64,000 bases of DNA, from the NCBI GenBank assembly GCA_020440605.1, contig JAGRNT010000007.1, positions 55,083 through 119,082 of the forward strand, in the 5' to 3' direction. Positions within the stretch are counted from its first letter, which is position 1, and every line of letters starts with the position of its first letter. The notes below the pieces were generated by a model. The model was not told the origin of the DNA and did no database searches. It saw only the letters and a list, made by a program, of their open reading frames with translations. The position numbers and the translations under genes are program-made. Shown here one piece after another: positions 9,125 through 18,790 of this stretch. Source of the stretch: a bacterium. Its GTDB lineage: Bacteria; 4484-113; JAFGCY01.

Positions 9125-10549
9125 ATGGCGGGAACCAAGATCGTCTGCACAATCGGACCGGCCAGCTCATCTGATGAGCAGATGCGCGCGTTGATCCGCG
9201 CCGGAATGAACGTGGCGCGGCTCAATTTCTCGCATGGCAGCCGGGATACGCACCGCGACTGGGTCAGGCGCCTGCGCCGCGTGGCAGCGGAAGAGAATTC
9301 GCCGCTGTGCATCATGCAGGACCTGAGCGGTCCAAAGGTGCGCATCGGGAAATTCGCCGAGGGCCGCGTGTTTCTCAGCCCCGGACAGCGCTTCATCCTC
9401 ACAGATGAGGAGATCATCGGGGACGAGCAGCGCGTGCATGTCGACATCGAGGATCTGCCGGGTCTGGCCAGCGGCTGTGAGCGGCTGATGCTGGCGGACG
9501 GCATGATCGAGCTCAGGGTGCTCTCGGTCAGCGGCCGCGAGGTGACGACGGAGGTCGTGGTCGGCGGTTATCTCTCCGACCGCAAGGGCATCGCCTTCCC
9601 GGGCCTGGCCCTACCGATTGACCCATTGACGGAGAAGGACATCGAGGATCTCGCGGTCGGGATCGAAATGGATGTGGACTACATCGCCCTTTCTTTCGTG
9701 CGCGGCCGCCACGACATGGAGGAACTGCGCCGTCGCGTGCAGGCCGCCGGCAGCCGCGCCGGGCTGATTGCCAAGCTGGAACGCCCTGAAGCGCTCAAGG
9801 ACCTGCACGGCATCCTCGAAGCCAGTGACGGTGTGATGGTGGCCCGCGGTGATCTCGGAATCGAGATGGCACCGGAGGAGGTGCCGCTGGCCCAGAAGCG
9901 CATCATCCGCGAGGCCACGCGCATCGGCAGGTACGTGATCACCGCCACGCAGATGCTGGAGAGCATGATCCACAACTCCTGGCCGACGCGGGCCGAGGCC
10001 AGCGACGTCGCCAATGCCGTGCTGGACGGCACGGATGCGGTGATGCTCAGCGGTGAGACCGCCACGGGTGACAATCCCGTGCGCGTCGTGGAAATGATGC
10101 GCCGGATCATCGTCGCCACCGAGGGCTCGAGCGAGCTGGGCCGGACGGAGCGCCGCCGCGAGATCGCCAACGAGGGCAGCGAATACCTGGCGATCGCCTG
10201 GGCTGCAGTCGAGATGGCGGAGATGACCGGGGCCAAGGCGCTGGTGGCCTACACGGAAGGTGGCAACACGGCGCGCCTGCTGAGCAAGCGCCGCCCGCGT
10301 GTGCCCGTGATCGGCATGAGCCAGCACGAGAAGGTGCTGCACCAGATCAACCTCGGCCGCAGCGTGGTGCCGGAGCTGGTGCGCGACGTGCAGGGTTTCG
10401 ACAGCCTGATCCGCGTGGTGGACAGCCGCGTGCGTGAACTGGGACTGGCTGAGGTCGGCGACAAGATCGTGATCGTGGCTGGACTGCAGGTCGGCGTGGA
10501 ATGGAAGACCAACGTGATCAAGCTGCACCGCGTGGGCAGCCTGGAGTAG
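9125..10549 (+). CDS. pyk: pyruvate kinase
   Basis: MAGTKIVCTIGPAS...NFSHGS N-terminus; GGGAGG RBS before ATG at 9125 (ORF-track start at 9020 judged too long). Confidence 0.9.
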   Translation: MAGTKIVCTIGPASSSDEQMRALIRAGMNVARLNFSHGSRDTHRDWVRRLRRVAAEENSPLCIMQDLSGPKVRIGKFAEGRVFLSPGQRFILTDEEIIGDEQRVHVDIEDLPGLASGCERLMLADGMIELRVLSVSGREVTTEVVVGGYLSDRKGIAFPGLALPIDPLTEKDIEDLAVGIEMDVDYIALSFVRGRHDMEELRRRVQAAGSRAGLIAKLERPEALKDLHGILEASDGVMVARGDLGIEMAPEEVPLAQKRIIREATRIGRYVITATQMLESMIHNSWPTRAEASDVANAVLDGTDAVMLSGETATGDNPVRVVEMMRRIIVATEGSSELGRTERRREIANEGSEYLAIAWAAVEMAEMTGAKALVAYTEGGNTARLLSKRRPRVPVIGMSQHEKVLHQINLGRSVVPELVRDVQGFDSLIRVVDSRVRELGLAEVGDKIVIVAGLQVGVEWKTNVIKLHRVGSLE

Positions 10550-10614
10550 GGGGGGGTGGAGGCCCGGAGCAATCCGGGCAATGGAGGTCGGGCGCCAGCT
10601 CGGCTGGCAGGCCG

Positions 10615-10810
10615 GACTCAATTCTGGCAACGGAGTGGAAGAAGTGGGGGAAGTGGGGGAAGTGGAAGAAGTTCCCGGTAGCGGTGGCACTCCTGCCGCC
10701 GGATCAGTGAACCGTGAACCATAAACAGTAAACAGTGATCAGTGAGCCGTAGCGGCGCAGTCCCACCGCGCCTGGGAGTGGATGCTGCGAAGCAATGAGC
10801 ATTTAAGATT
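10615..10810. repeat. mosaic intergenic repeat element (GGAAGT-type short tandem module + GTAGCGGTGGCACTCCTGCCGCCGG hairpin + CAGTGAACCG...TGGGAGTGGATGCTGCGAAGCAATGAGC module)
   Basis: modules recur at 13650-13750, 34135, 36024, 37490. Confidence 0.6.
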
Positions 10811-11283
10811 GAGCAATGTGCCTGACAAGCAATAGCCAGCTCGGCGCTTCTCTTCAATCTCTGCGCCTCTGCGCCGATAAACCAGGACTGGCGAGCACCC
10901 GGCTCCCGCGCGACTGCGCGCCTCCTGAGACAGAACCTGTGCACCTCACATTCTATCGATTGAACGCGTGGCCGGTGTGGCGGTTTTGTTGGTGCAGAGG
11001 CGCAGAAGGAATCCTGAGGCGCAGAGAATCTTAATTCTGGCAACAATCCTTCACACTAGAAGTGCATTACGCACGAAGCTCCCGCTCGCGTGCTGGCGTC
11101 GCTGGGCGACGCCGGTACTGTTGCCTGTTTACGGTTCACGGAAACGGCGGCCCGGAGGCCGCCGCTACTATCCAGACTATTCAAACTGCCAGGACTGTTC
11201 ACACTTTCCATAGCCCGAATTGCTTCGGGCCTCCAATTGGAGACCAGGCAGTTTGCCTGGCAATTGCCAAGCTTACAGCTTGG

Positions 11284-11365
11284 CCTCCAAGCCGAGCTTG
11301 CGCTCGACCTCCAAGCCGAGCTTGCGCTCGACCTCCATGCCCGGCTTGGGCCGGACCTCCTACTT
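11284..11365. repeat. 27-bp tandem repeat (CCAAGCCGAGCTTGCGCTCGACCTC x2 + degenerate third copy)
   Basis: seen directly; preceded by GCCAAGCTTACAGCTTGGCCTCC module also present at 37448. Confidence 0.6.
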
Positions 11366-13081
11366 GACAACCGCCCGTGCCGCGCAGGGACGGCCGTCGT
11401 CATTCGTCGTCACTTCCACGCGCACCTCGCAGTCGTAGCCATTCTCCTTCAGCCAATTGTTGACGGTCGCAGCCATCTTCCTGGCCGGAGTTTTGGCAGG
11501 GAAGCTGAACAGATGATCCTCGAAGCGGAAGCTCAGCTTGCCGTTGTCTGCTGATTCACGTTCCTCATCCATGAGCATCGTCAGTTCCAGCAGTTCCGCA
11601 TCCGGCAGCTGCAGCTCCAGGATCACATCCTGCAGTTCGTCAATCTTCTGCAGTTCAAGCTTCAGGTCACCGAGCTGCAGCTCCTCCAGGCCCTGCAGTT
11701 CGAGCCGCAGATCCTGGTTCATCTCCTCCAGGCTCAGCATCAGTTCCTGCTGGAAGGCCTCGCTCTCCAGATCACCGAGCTGCAGCTCCAGCACGAACTG
11801 CTCGCCATCGAGTTCATGCAGCAGCTCGAGCTGCAGGCCCTCATGCAGTTCACGCAGCTGCAGCTCCTGGTCGCGCAGTTCCTCGATGGCAACTTCGCGG
11901 ATCATGTCCAGCGAATCCAGGCCCTTGAGCGCCTCTTCGAGTTCAAGTCTGATCTCGCTGTCCTCGATTTCAATCAGGGCATCGTCGAGGTCGATCCCCG
12001 AGCTGCGCAGTTCCTCCTCCACCAGCTTCTGGATGTCCAGCTCCTCAAGCCTGGCGCGCTCCTCGTTCATTTCACTGCGGGCCTGCTCCAGTTCCTCACG
12101 CGCCCTGTCAATCTCGATCTTCCTGTCCTCAACCTGCACAGCTCGGACTTCCCTGAGCATCCGCTCATGCTCGCGATCGGAAATCCTGCGCTCAGATTCC
12201 CCGGCCCGGACCTTCTCCAGCCTGAGCTTCAGGTCCCTGACCCGTTCGCTCTCGCTGCCATCAGCATCCAGCAGCTCCAGCTGCGCCTCGATGACTGCAC
12301 TGGCCTCGGACAGGCGGCTTTCCCGCTCGCCCAGGGAGCTCTCCAGCAGATCACGGGCCCGCAGCAGTTCCTGCTGGGCCCGTTCGAGTTCCTCACGATT
12401 CTGCCGGTCAGCACCGCCGGCCAGCAGCTCGATCTCCTCCTTCAGTTCCTGCATCCGGCTGCGGATGCTGTCCTCATCGGTGTATTCACTGAAGCGCCGG
12501 TTGGCGCGCTCGCGTGCAGACTGCGCCTCGGGGTTCTCTTCTTCCATCACGAAGATCACACCGCTCAGGCTGCGCAGGTTGTCATCACTGAAACTGCTCA
12601 TCACCGCGACATGGTGTGCGCTTTCACGGATCGCACGGAAGCTGTCCAGGATGCCGCGGCTCTGGACCTCCCACTGCTCGCGCTTGGCGGCCTCCTCGTC
12701 GGCATTGCCGGCCACGCCGAGATCGAACACGATCGCCTGCCCGGCATTGTTGGCATAGGAGGTGCCGGCCGGCAGCTGGGCCACCACGCCGACTGCCAGC
12801 AGCAGTCCGCCCGCGATTGCCAGCCTGGCGGGCCAGGGCCGGCCGTGCATCAACTTCTCGATTGGATTCATCCTTTTCTCCCTGTTACTGGTTGCCTGTT
12901 CCCGTGCCGCTGCGAGCATCCGCTCCCGCCCGGGTTCGATCCCGGCGGGGATGCGCATGCCTGACAGCGCGCTGTTGATCTCAGCTTCCCGCCGCATCTC
13001 CGCGACTGTCTGCGCATCCACATCCGGCGGTGTGTCCGCCGCTGTCAGCTTGCCGAGCTGGATCCGTTTGATGGGGTCCAT
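11360..13081 (-). CDS. putative anti-sigma factor with single TM and ~470-aa acidic coiled-coil extracytoplasmic domain
   Basis: 573 aa; start overlaps ECF sigma stop (ATGA); N-terminal cytoplasmic segment, TM WPARLAIAGGLLLAVGVVAQL, then Glu/Leu/Arg-rich heptad-like repeats and a small C-terminal domain. Confidence 0.55.
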   Translation of the reverse strand: MDPIKRIQLGKLTAADTPPDVDAQTVAEMRREAEINSALSGMRIPAGIEPGRERMLAAAREQATSNREKRMNPIEKLMHGRPWPARLAIAGGLLLAVGVVAQLPAGTSYANNAGQAIVFDLGVAGNADEEAAKREQWEVQSRGILDSFRAIRESAHHVAVMSSFSDDNLRSLSGVIFVMEEENPEAQSARERANRRFSEYTDEDSIRSRMQELKEEIELLAGGADRQNREELERAQQELLRARDLLESSLGERESRLSEASAVIEAQLELLDADGSESERVRDLKLRLEKVRAGESERRISDREHERMLREVRAVQVEDRKIEIDRAREELEQARSEMNEERARLEELDIQKLVEEELRSSGIDLDDALIEIEDSEIRLELEEALKGLDSLDMIREVAIEELRDQELQLRELHEGLQLELLHELDGEQFVLELQLGDLESEAFQQELMLSLEEMNQDLRLELQGLEELQLGDLKLELQKIDELQDVILELQLPDAELLELTMLMDEERESADNGKLSFRFEDHLFSFPAKTPARKMAATVNNWLKENGYDCEVRVEVTTNDDGRPCAARAVVK

Positions 13082-13605
13082 CAGAGTTCCTCCGGTGCCG
13101 ATCCGGCACCACAGTAGATCGCCTGTGCATCGAGCAGCCGCCTGAGGCTGCGCCGCGCGCGGAACAGCCGCTGCGAGACCATGCTCACCGAGAGCCCGAG
13201 CACCGTTGCCAGTTCCGTGAGCTGCAGGTCCTCGATGTAGAAGAGGGTCAGCAGTTCACGCTGCGGCTCCGGCAGCTGCTGCATGGCCACGGCCAGTGCA
13301 TCCGAGAGGATGCTGCAGTCCTCGCCGGTGCTGATCCGGTCCTCAGCCAGCTCCTCCACCGGTCTGCGGCGCCGCAGTCCGGAGATGAAGCGCGTGCGCA
13401 CGATCGCCATCAGCCAGGCACGGAATCCGCCGGGATCCCGCAGCTGAGCGAACTTGCGCATCGCATGAGCGAGTGAGTCCTGCAGCAGGTCCTCGGAGTC
13501 CTCGCGGCGCGCGCAGAGGTAGAAGCAGTACCGCCAGGCAGCGCTGTAGATTTCCGGCGTCAGTGCTTCCTCGAAGGCCGCGGGAGCCGCGTCGCTCGCT
13601 TGCAC
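13081..13605 (-). CDS. ECF-type RNA polymerase sigma-70 factor
   Basis: sigma70 region 2 (DLLQDSLAHAMRKF) and region 4 (LTELATVLGLSVSMVSQRLFRARRSL); maximal ORF reaches 13773 but its 5' part translates a repeat element, so a GTG near 13605 is the probable start (uncertain). Confidence 0.7.
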   Translation of the reverse strand: MQASDAAPAAFEEALTPEIYSAAWRYCFYLCARREDSEDLLQDSLAHAMRKFAQLRDPGGFRAWLMAIVRTRFISGLRRRRPVEELAEDRISTGEDCSILSDALAVAMQQLPEPQRELLTLFYIEDLQLTELATVLGLSVSMVSQRLFRARRSLRRLLDAQAIYCGAGSAPEEL

Positions 13606-13649
13606 GTAATCAGGGATGCCTCGAGCATAGGCCAATCTAACGGGCAGGG

Positions 13650-13750
13650 GTGAAAAAATTGGAAGAAGTCGCGGGAACACTCCTGCCGCCGCAGCAGTGA
13701 ATCGGGAACAGTGAACAGGTGACCGTAACGGCGCACCCCACGTGTGCATG
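13650..13750. repeat. mosaic intergenic repeat element copy (GGAAGAAGT...CACTCCTGCCGCCG...CAGTGAATCGGGAAC...TGGGAGTGGATGGCGCAAG)
   Basis: shares modules with 10615-10810. Confidence 0.55.
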
Positions 13751-14024
13751 GGAGTGGATGGCGCAAGGTTCATGCGGCATGTGTACTAAGCGCTATTCCC
13801 TCAGCAGCTGTTTTCATTGCGTACGAAGCATTCACTTGCATGCCAGCCTCTCCAGCCTCTGATCCTTCAGTCACAAGCTGCTTATCAGGTATCAGACTTG
13901 TTGCCTTGTTTTTCCGCAAATCGCCTGATTCTGAAATAGCGCGCCTGAGAATCGAATATCAGATTGAATCGAGCCGTCTGGCAGGCATGCCCGAGGGCAG
14001 GAAAATGTGAAAGAGGTAGTGATC

Positions 14025-14600
14025 ATGATTAGTCGCATTCTTGCAGTCGCCCTGTCGATTCTGGCCGGTCTGGCCATGGCCCTGCCGGCCTCCGCAGCAG
14101 ACACCCTGACGGTGGACCAGGTCCACAGCAGCGTGATGTTCCGGATTGAGCATATGGGAGCGGCCCCCTTCTTCGGGCGCTTCAATGACAAGAGCGGCAC
14201 AATCATGCTGGACAGTGCGGATCCTTCAAAGAGCTCCATCGAGTTCACGATCGACCCCGCCAGCGTGGACACTGGCAATGAGAAGCGCGATGCGCATGTG
14301 ATGAGCCAGGACTTCTTCAGTGCCAAGGAATTCCCCGTGATGAGCTTCAAGAGCACGAGCGTCAGCAAATCCGGCGAAGGCAGCTGGAAGGTCAAGGGCA
14401 TGCTTGAGCTGCGTGGCGTGAAGAAGGAAATCACGATCAACGTCAATCACAAGCTCGGCAAGGGCATGAAAGGCGAAGCGATCCACGGCTTCTACACCGA
14501 GTTCGTCATCAACCGCATGGACTTCAACATCGGCGAGACCTTTGACAACAATGCGCTCAGCCAGGAAGTGATGATGTACGTCAGTCTCGAGGCCAAGTAG
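14025..14600 (+). CDS. YceI-family periplasmic polyisoprenoid-binding protein
   Basis: signal peptide; HSSVMFRIEHMG...FFGRF...IEFTIDPASVDTGNEKRDAH motifs; AGAGG RBS. Confidence 0.85.
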   Translation: MISRILAVALSILAGLAMALPASAADTLTVDQVHSSVMFRIEHMGAAPFFGRFNDKSGTIMLDSADPSKSSIEFTIDPASVDTGNEKRDAHVMSQDFFSAKEFPVMSFKSTSVSKSGEGSWKVKGMLELRGVKKEITINVNHKLGKGMKGEAIHGFYTEFVINRMDFNIGETFDNNALSQEVMMYVSLEAK

Positions 14601-14626
14601 CCCCGGGCGGATCAAACGAATCAGCC

Positions 14627-14665
14627 AGACAGCCCGTCCTTGCGGCGGGCTGTATCATTTTCCGG
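14627..14665 (+). terminator. rho-independent terminator after yceI-family gene
   Basis: CAGCCCG...CGGGCTG stem followed by TATCATTTTCC. Confidence 0.5.
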
Positions 14666-14688
14666 CAGCTCGCAACAGGAGATTTGGG

Positions 14689-15225
14689 ATGAAAGCAGGC
14701 ATGACAACACGGTTCACTATCGGTGCGCTGGTCCTCGTGGGACTGGTCTGGCTGGCGGGCTGCGGTGGCTCAGACACGGGTGGCGTTGATACCCGCGCCA
14801 ACCTCTACGCCACCTCGGCGGTCACGAACTTCAGCGGCCCGGACGGCGATGACACGGATGCCCGCCAGGATGCCCGGGCGCTGATGGTCAACCGTACCTT
14901 CGACCTGACACCGAGCGGCTTCGTGCTGCAGAGCGCGACGGCGAGCACAGCAGCCGGCGGCAACGTGAACTTCGGCAGCGGCACGGGCACTGTCAATCTC
15001 ACCGGCGACAGCGGCCTGCTGGTGCTGGGTATCGCCCCCGCGGATCCCTCCTACAGCAACGTGGATCTGAGCGGAACCTTCAGCGCCGCCGCCGCGCAGT
15101 CCGCGATCGACAACGCCGGCAACACCTTCACGGTGAACTGGGAGATGAGCTACACCCATGGCGCGATCAGCTATGAGATCCACTTCGAGAGCACGCTGAC
15201 CGGGGCGGACTTCCGCCAGATCTAG
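14689..15225 (+). CDS. hypothetical lipoprotein
   Basis: 178 aa; lipobox LAGC; Gly/Ser/Thr-rich. Confidence 0.55.
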   Translation: MKAGMTTRFTIGALVLVGLVWLAGCGGSDTGGVDTRANLYATSAVTNFSGPDGDDTDARQDARALMVNRTFDLTPSGFVLQSATASTAAGGNVNFGSGTGTVNLTGDSGLLVLGIAPADPSYSNVDLSGTFSAAAAQSAIDNAGNTFTVNWEMSYTHGAISYEIHFESTLTGADFRQI

Positions 15226-15896
15226 GATCCTTCACTCTTAACCGCGCTGGCGGCATCATCCTGCAGCAGTGGATCCTTGGAACGGATGATCGCCGCGCCG
15301 GAGCCGCCGAGGCTCATGGTGATGCTCGTCAGTTCATCCACGCTCAGGTTGACATCGTGGATGTCATGCACCGGGGCGAGGTAGTTCGTGCCGGAGGTCG
15401 GCAGGGGAGCGCTCGGCACATAGACGATGCGGTGCGGCACGCCATGCAGGTCGAATGACTCGGAATTGACCATCAGCCCCAGCATGTAGCAGTTGTCAAT
15501 CCGCACGAGCACCGTACGCCTGAGCAGAGCCGGGTCATCCAGCTCGCGGCCGCGGAACAGGTCAGCGATCTGGTCGGTGGAACTGTAGACCGTGTTCAGC
15601 ACCGGTACGCGGCGCATCAGGCGGCTGAAGAAGCTGCGCAGGCGCTGGGAGGCGATGCTGCCGCCGATGCGGCCCAGCACCCAGAACAGCAGCAGGGCCG
15701 CGAGCAGGATCACGAGATAGCTCACGAAGACGTAGCGGCTGCCCAGACCGTCGGCCAGCAGCCTGTAGAAGGGTGAACTCTCGCCGAGCAGGCCGTTCAG
15801 CCAGCGGTAGACGAGGCCGATGGCCCAGATGGTGGCAGCCAGCGGCAGGAAGTACAGCACTCCCGCCACGACCGTTCCGAGGAATCTCTTGATCAT
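15222..15896 (-). CDS. DUF502-family membrane protein
   Basis: two N-terminal TM helices; PLPTSG...SLGGS motif block characteristic of DUF502. Confidence 0.6.
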   Translation of the reverse strand: MIKRFLGTVVAGVLYFLPLAATIWAIGLVYRWLNGLLGESSPFYRLLADGLGSRYVFVSYLVILLAALLLFWVLGRIGGSIASQRLRSFFSRLMRRVPVLNTVYSSTDQIADLFRGRELDDPALLRRTVLVRIDNCYMLGLMVNSESFDLHGVPHRIVYVPSAPLPTSGTNYLAPVHDIHDVNLSVDELTSITMSLGGSGAAIIRSKDPLLQDDAASAVKSEGS

Positions 15897-15925
15897 GCCA
15901 GCTCCCAGACAGGGCTGGCTCCATC

Positions 15926-18676
15926 TTACAACCCCGCTGTGGAGCCGGACATGTAGCCGATCACGGCATTGTCACGCTCGTCCACCACACCATCGAGATT
16001 GCAGTCGGCGAAGGCGCGCCAGGCCAGCCCGTCCCGCAGATGCTGCTGCAGAGCCAGGCTGTCAGCGGCATCCACCACGCCGTCGGCATTCACATCCCCG
16101 GCGAGGTTGTACTGCCAGGCCGGGATCCGCAGCTCATCGCTGATGTTGCCGTGGAGATCGGTCACGCGCAGATGCAGGCGGACTTCAACGTTGCCGGAGT
16201 CGTAGGGTGCATCCCCGAGTTCGAAGACATAACCCAGCGGTGCTCCGGAGATGTGCACATGCTGGTCCGGCGGCTGCTCAATCTGATAGGCGGGATAGTC
16301 CAGCCACCAGTCAGCCACCATCAGGCCGGCAGGAAACTGCGGAGCGACGCTGAGCTGGCTGCTGCCTGGCACCCAGCCGAAGACCAGTGCCTGCGGGTCC
16401 TCGATCAGCGCTTCCGGCAGGTCGATCCAGCCATCCTCTCCGAAGCTCAGAACATCCAGCCACCAGCCCCAGTCGAAGTCGTGCCAGACGGCCTCACTGC
16501 CGGACTCGGCAGCGAGCAGGAACATCACGATCAGCTCTTCTCCGGCATATGGGGAAAGATCGAGCGTGAGCTGCGTATGCGGAAGGATGAACCCGCCAAG
16601 CGGTGGCATGCTGCCACCCGTTGTCAGCAGCGGCTGCCAGTTCTGGCCGTTGTCAGAACTGGCGAGGATGCGCTGCAGCACACCGGAGACGTTGCAATGG
16701 TGCTCCAGGCTGAGGGTGGGACTGCCTTCAGCCGGAACCAGGATAGGCTGGGTCAGCACTGCGTCCAGTTCGAAGCGGCCGTAGCCATCGAGTCCGATCT
16801 GCAGCTGATGCTGTGGGATTTCGCCCGGCTCCTCGAAGCCGTACCATTCCGCCAGGCCCAGCGTGCGGAACTGCTCTTCGTGACCGCTGTAGTCCTGGCC
16901 TGAGAGCTGTCCCATGGCAACGGGGTCGTACTGCGCGAGATCCAGAGCGGTGCAGATCCCGAATCCGGTTGTGAAATGCTCGGCGACCGGCGTTGCCAGG
17001 GCTGGACCGGCCACCATGATCCGCAGGCTGTCGGAACTCGTCCAGTCTGCGAAATGGGCCGTGACCGCCAGTTCGTGTGATCCGCCGGGAACGCCGTCAA
17101 GCGACAGCTCGTGCTCCCAGACCGGTCCGTCCAGCAGGGCCACGGTCTTGCCATCCAGCCGGATGTCGAGGGCCTGCGGTTCACCGCGCAGCATGAAGGA
17201 CAGCGGCATGCTGCCGTGCTGCACGATCCGCTCCGGCGGGCTGAAACGCACGGCGGGATTGACGGCGTTGTCAAACAGCAGGCCGAAGTCCAGGCGCAGG
17301 ACCTGCACGCCCTCACCGAAGCCCGTGGTCGGCACACCGCTGGTTTCCAGCAGTCCGCGCATTTCCGTGAGACTCAGTTCAGGGCGGGCGCTCCAGAGCA
17401 GGGCCGCTGCGGCACTGACGAGCGGCGTGGCATAGCTCGTGCCCGTCCCGCCGCTGACCATGCCGTTGTCATCACTGGGTGAGAGCGAACTGAGATTCCA
17501 GCCGGGAGCCACAACGTTCAGGGCCGGACCGAAGCTGCTGGACACGAAGCGGCTTTCGTCCGGCAGGGAATTGCCGACTGCGATCGCATCCGGATAGGCC
17601 CCGGGGTAGGTCACAAAGCCGTTGCCATAGTTGCCGGCACTGCAGACCAGCAGCACGCCGTCCGCCGCGAACTGCTCGGTCATGGCCTGCATGGCCTCGT
17701 TGCCACCACCACCCCAGCTCATGCTGATCACCTTCGCGCCGAGGGCATGTGCCAGCATGCAGCCGGCCACGATGCGTTCCAGATCCTCATTGCCGCCGTC
17801 ATCGCTGATCTTGACGGGGAACAGGCGGATCCCGGGGCAGGCTCCTGCGATCATGCTGCCGTTGTCACTTTCGGCGATCAGCTGGCCTCCGATGAAAGTC
17901 CCGTGCCCGTGGTTGTCTTCAATTGAACTGTCGTCATTGGCGATGTCGCAGTTGGTGCCGGGAAACTCAACTGCGGGATCAAGCAGGGCTGCGCCGAACT
18001 CGCTGTGGTCCATGTTGACGCCGGTGTCGACCAGGCCCAGCAGCAGGCTGTCCGAGCCGAGACCATGCTCCCAGGCCTGCTCGATGTGCATGTGCTTCAG
18101 GTTCCACTGGCCGCCGCTGTCATCGGCGCTGGCGGTATATTCCGGGTCGTCCGGACTGAAGGCCGGACTGCAGAGCAGGCTCAGCTCCGCCGTACTGACC
18201 CAGCCAGCATAGCGCTGGTGCAGGTCAGCCAGCAGGGAGGGAGCATCCGTGCCTTCGGGCAGGTTGAAACCCGCCAGAAGTACCCGGCCACTGTAGACCT
18301 GCTCGGTGATCGTCAGGCCGTAGCGGCTGGCGATACTCTGCGTGATGTCCTCATAGGCCCGGCGTGGACGCAGAATTGCATTGCTGGCGGACTGGGCAGC
18401 GCCGCTGGGAACCATCAGCTCCGGCGGCAATGCCAGGAATTCCGCATCGTCACGGTAGGTGACGCAGATGCTGTCCGTGGCGCGCAACTCAAACGGTGAG
18501 GCGGTACTGGTCTGGGTCGAAATCGGCTGGGCTGAAGGGATTGCAGATCCGCGTCCGCAGCCACAGCACAGCAGCGCCAGGCAGGCCAGCGCAGTCAGTA
18601 GTGGAGTCTGTTTCAGCCGGGACAATCCGCCCTGAGTATAACCGCGGGTCAGTTTCCGCGCAGCTGCGTGTCTCAT
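15926..18676 (-). CDS. S8-family serine peptidase (subtilase) with N-terminal pro-domain and C-terminal dockerin-like module
   Basis: 916 aa; catalytic D (VDTG), H (HGHGT), S (GTSYATP); signal/lipobox CCGC; C-terminus DVNADGVVDAADSLAL...DCNLDGVVDERDNAV matches duplicated dockerin calcium-binding loops. Confidence 0.85.
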   Translation of the reverse strand: MRHAAARKLTRGYTQGGLSRLKQTPLLTALACLALLCCGCGRGSAIPSAQPISTQTSTASPFELRATDSICVTYRDDAEFLALPPELMVPSGAAQSASNAILRPRRAYEDITQSIASRYGLTITEQVYSGRVLLAGFNLPEGTDAPSLLADLHQRYAGWVSTAELSLLCSPAFSPDDPEYTASADDSGGQWNLKHMHIEQAWEHGLGSDSLLLGLVDTGVNMDHSEFGAALLDPAVEFPGTNCDIANDDSSIEDNHGHGTFIGGQLIAESDNGSMIAGACPGIRLFPVKISDDGGNEDLERIVAGCMLAHALGAKVISMSWGGGGNEAMQAMTEQFAADGVLLVCSAGNYGNGFVTYPGAYPDAIAVGNSLPDESRFVSSSFGPALNVVAPGWNLSSLSPSDDNGMVSGGTGTSYATPLVSAAAALLWSARPELSLTEMRGLLETSGVPTTGFGEGVQVLRLDFGLLFDNAVNPAVRFSPPERIVQHGSMPLSFMLRGEPQALDIRLDGKTVALLDGPVWEHELSLDGVPGGSHELAVTAHFADWTSSDSLRIMVAGPALATPVAEHFTTGFGICTALDLAQYDPVAMGQLSGQDYSGHEEQFRTLGLAEWYGFEEPGEIPQHQLQIGLDGYGRFELDAVLTQPILVPAEGSPTLSLEHHCNVSGVLQRILASSDNGQNWQPLLTTGGSMPPLGGFILPHTQLTLDLSPYAGEELIVMFLLAAESGSEAVWHDFDWGWWLDVLSFGEDGWIDLPEALIEDPQALVFGWVPGSSQLSVAPQFPAGLMVADWWLDYPAYQIEQPPDQHVHISGAPLGYVFELGDAPYDSGNVEVRLHLRVTDLHGNISDELRIPAWQYNLAGDVNADGVVDAADSLALQQHLRDGLAWRAFADCNLDGVVDERDNAVIGYMSGSTAGL

Positions 18677-18790
18677 GCAGGTGATATCGGCCGGCAGCGC
18701 ACTGCGGCGCAGTTTGGAATCGTGGTCATATGAATCCGGTAAAGGAACTGTTAAAGTTCACCTGTACTTAACCCAACAGCGGAGTGCACG

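Noticed and set aside
9611-10690. 359-aa minus-strand ORF
   Set aside because: Antisense to pyruvate kinase.
11538-12964. 406- and 382-aa plus-strand ORFs (Ser-rich)
   Set aside because: Antisense to the coiled-coil anti-sigma gene; the GAG/CTC-rich repeats give open frames on both strands. The sense frame has the overlap with the sigma-factor stop and a TM/anti-sigma architecture.
13606-13773. N-terminal 56 aa of the maximal ECF sigma ORF
   Set aside because: Translation runs through a copy of the intergenic repeat element and lacks sigma-factor features; start moved downstream.
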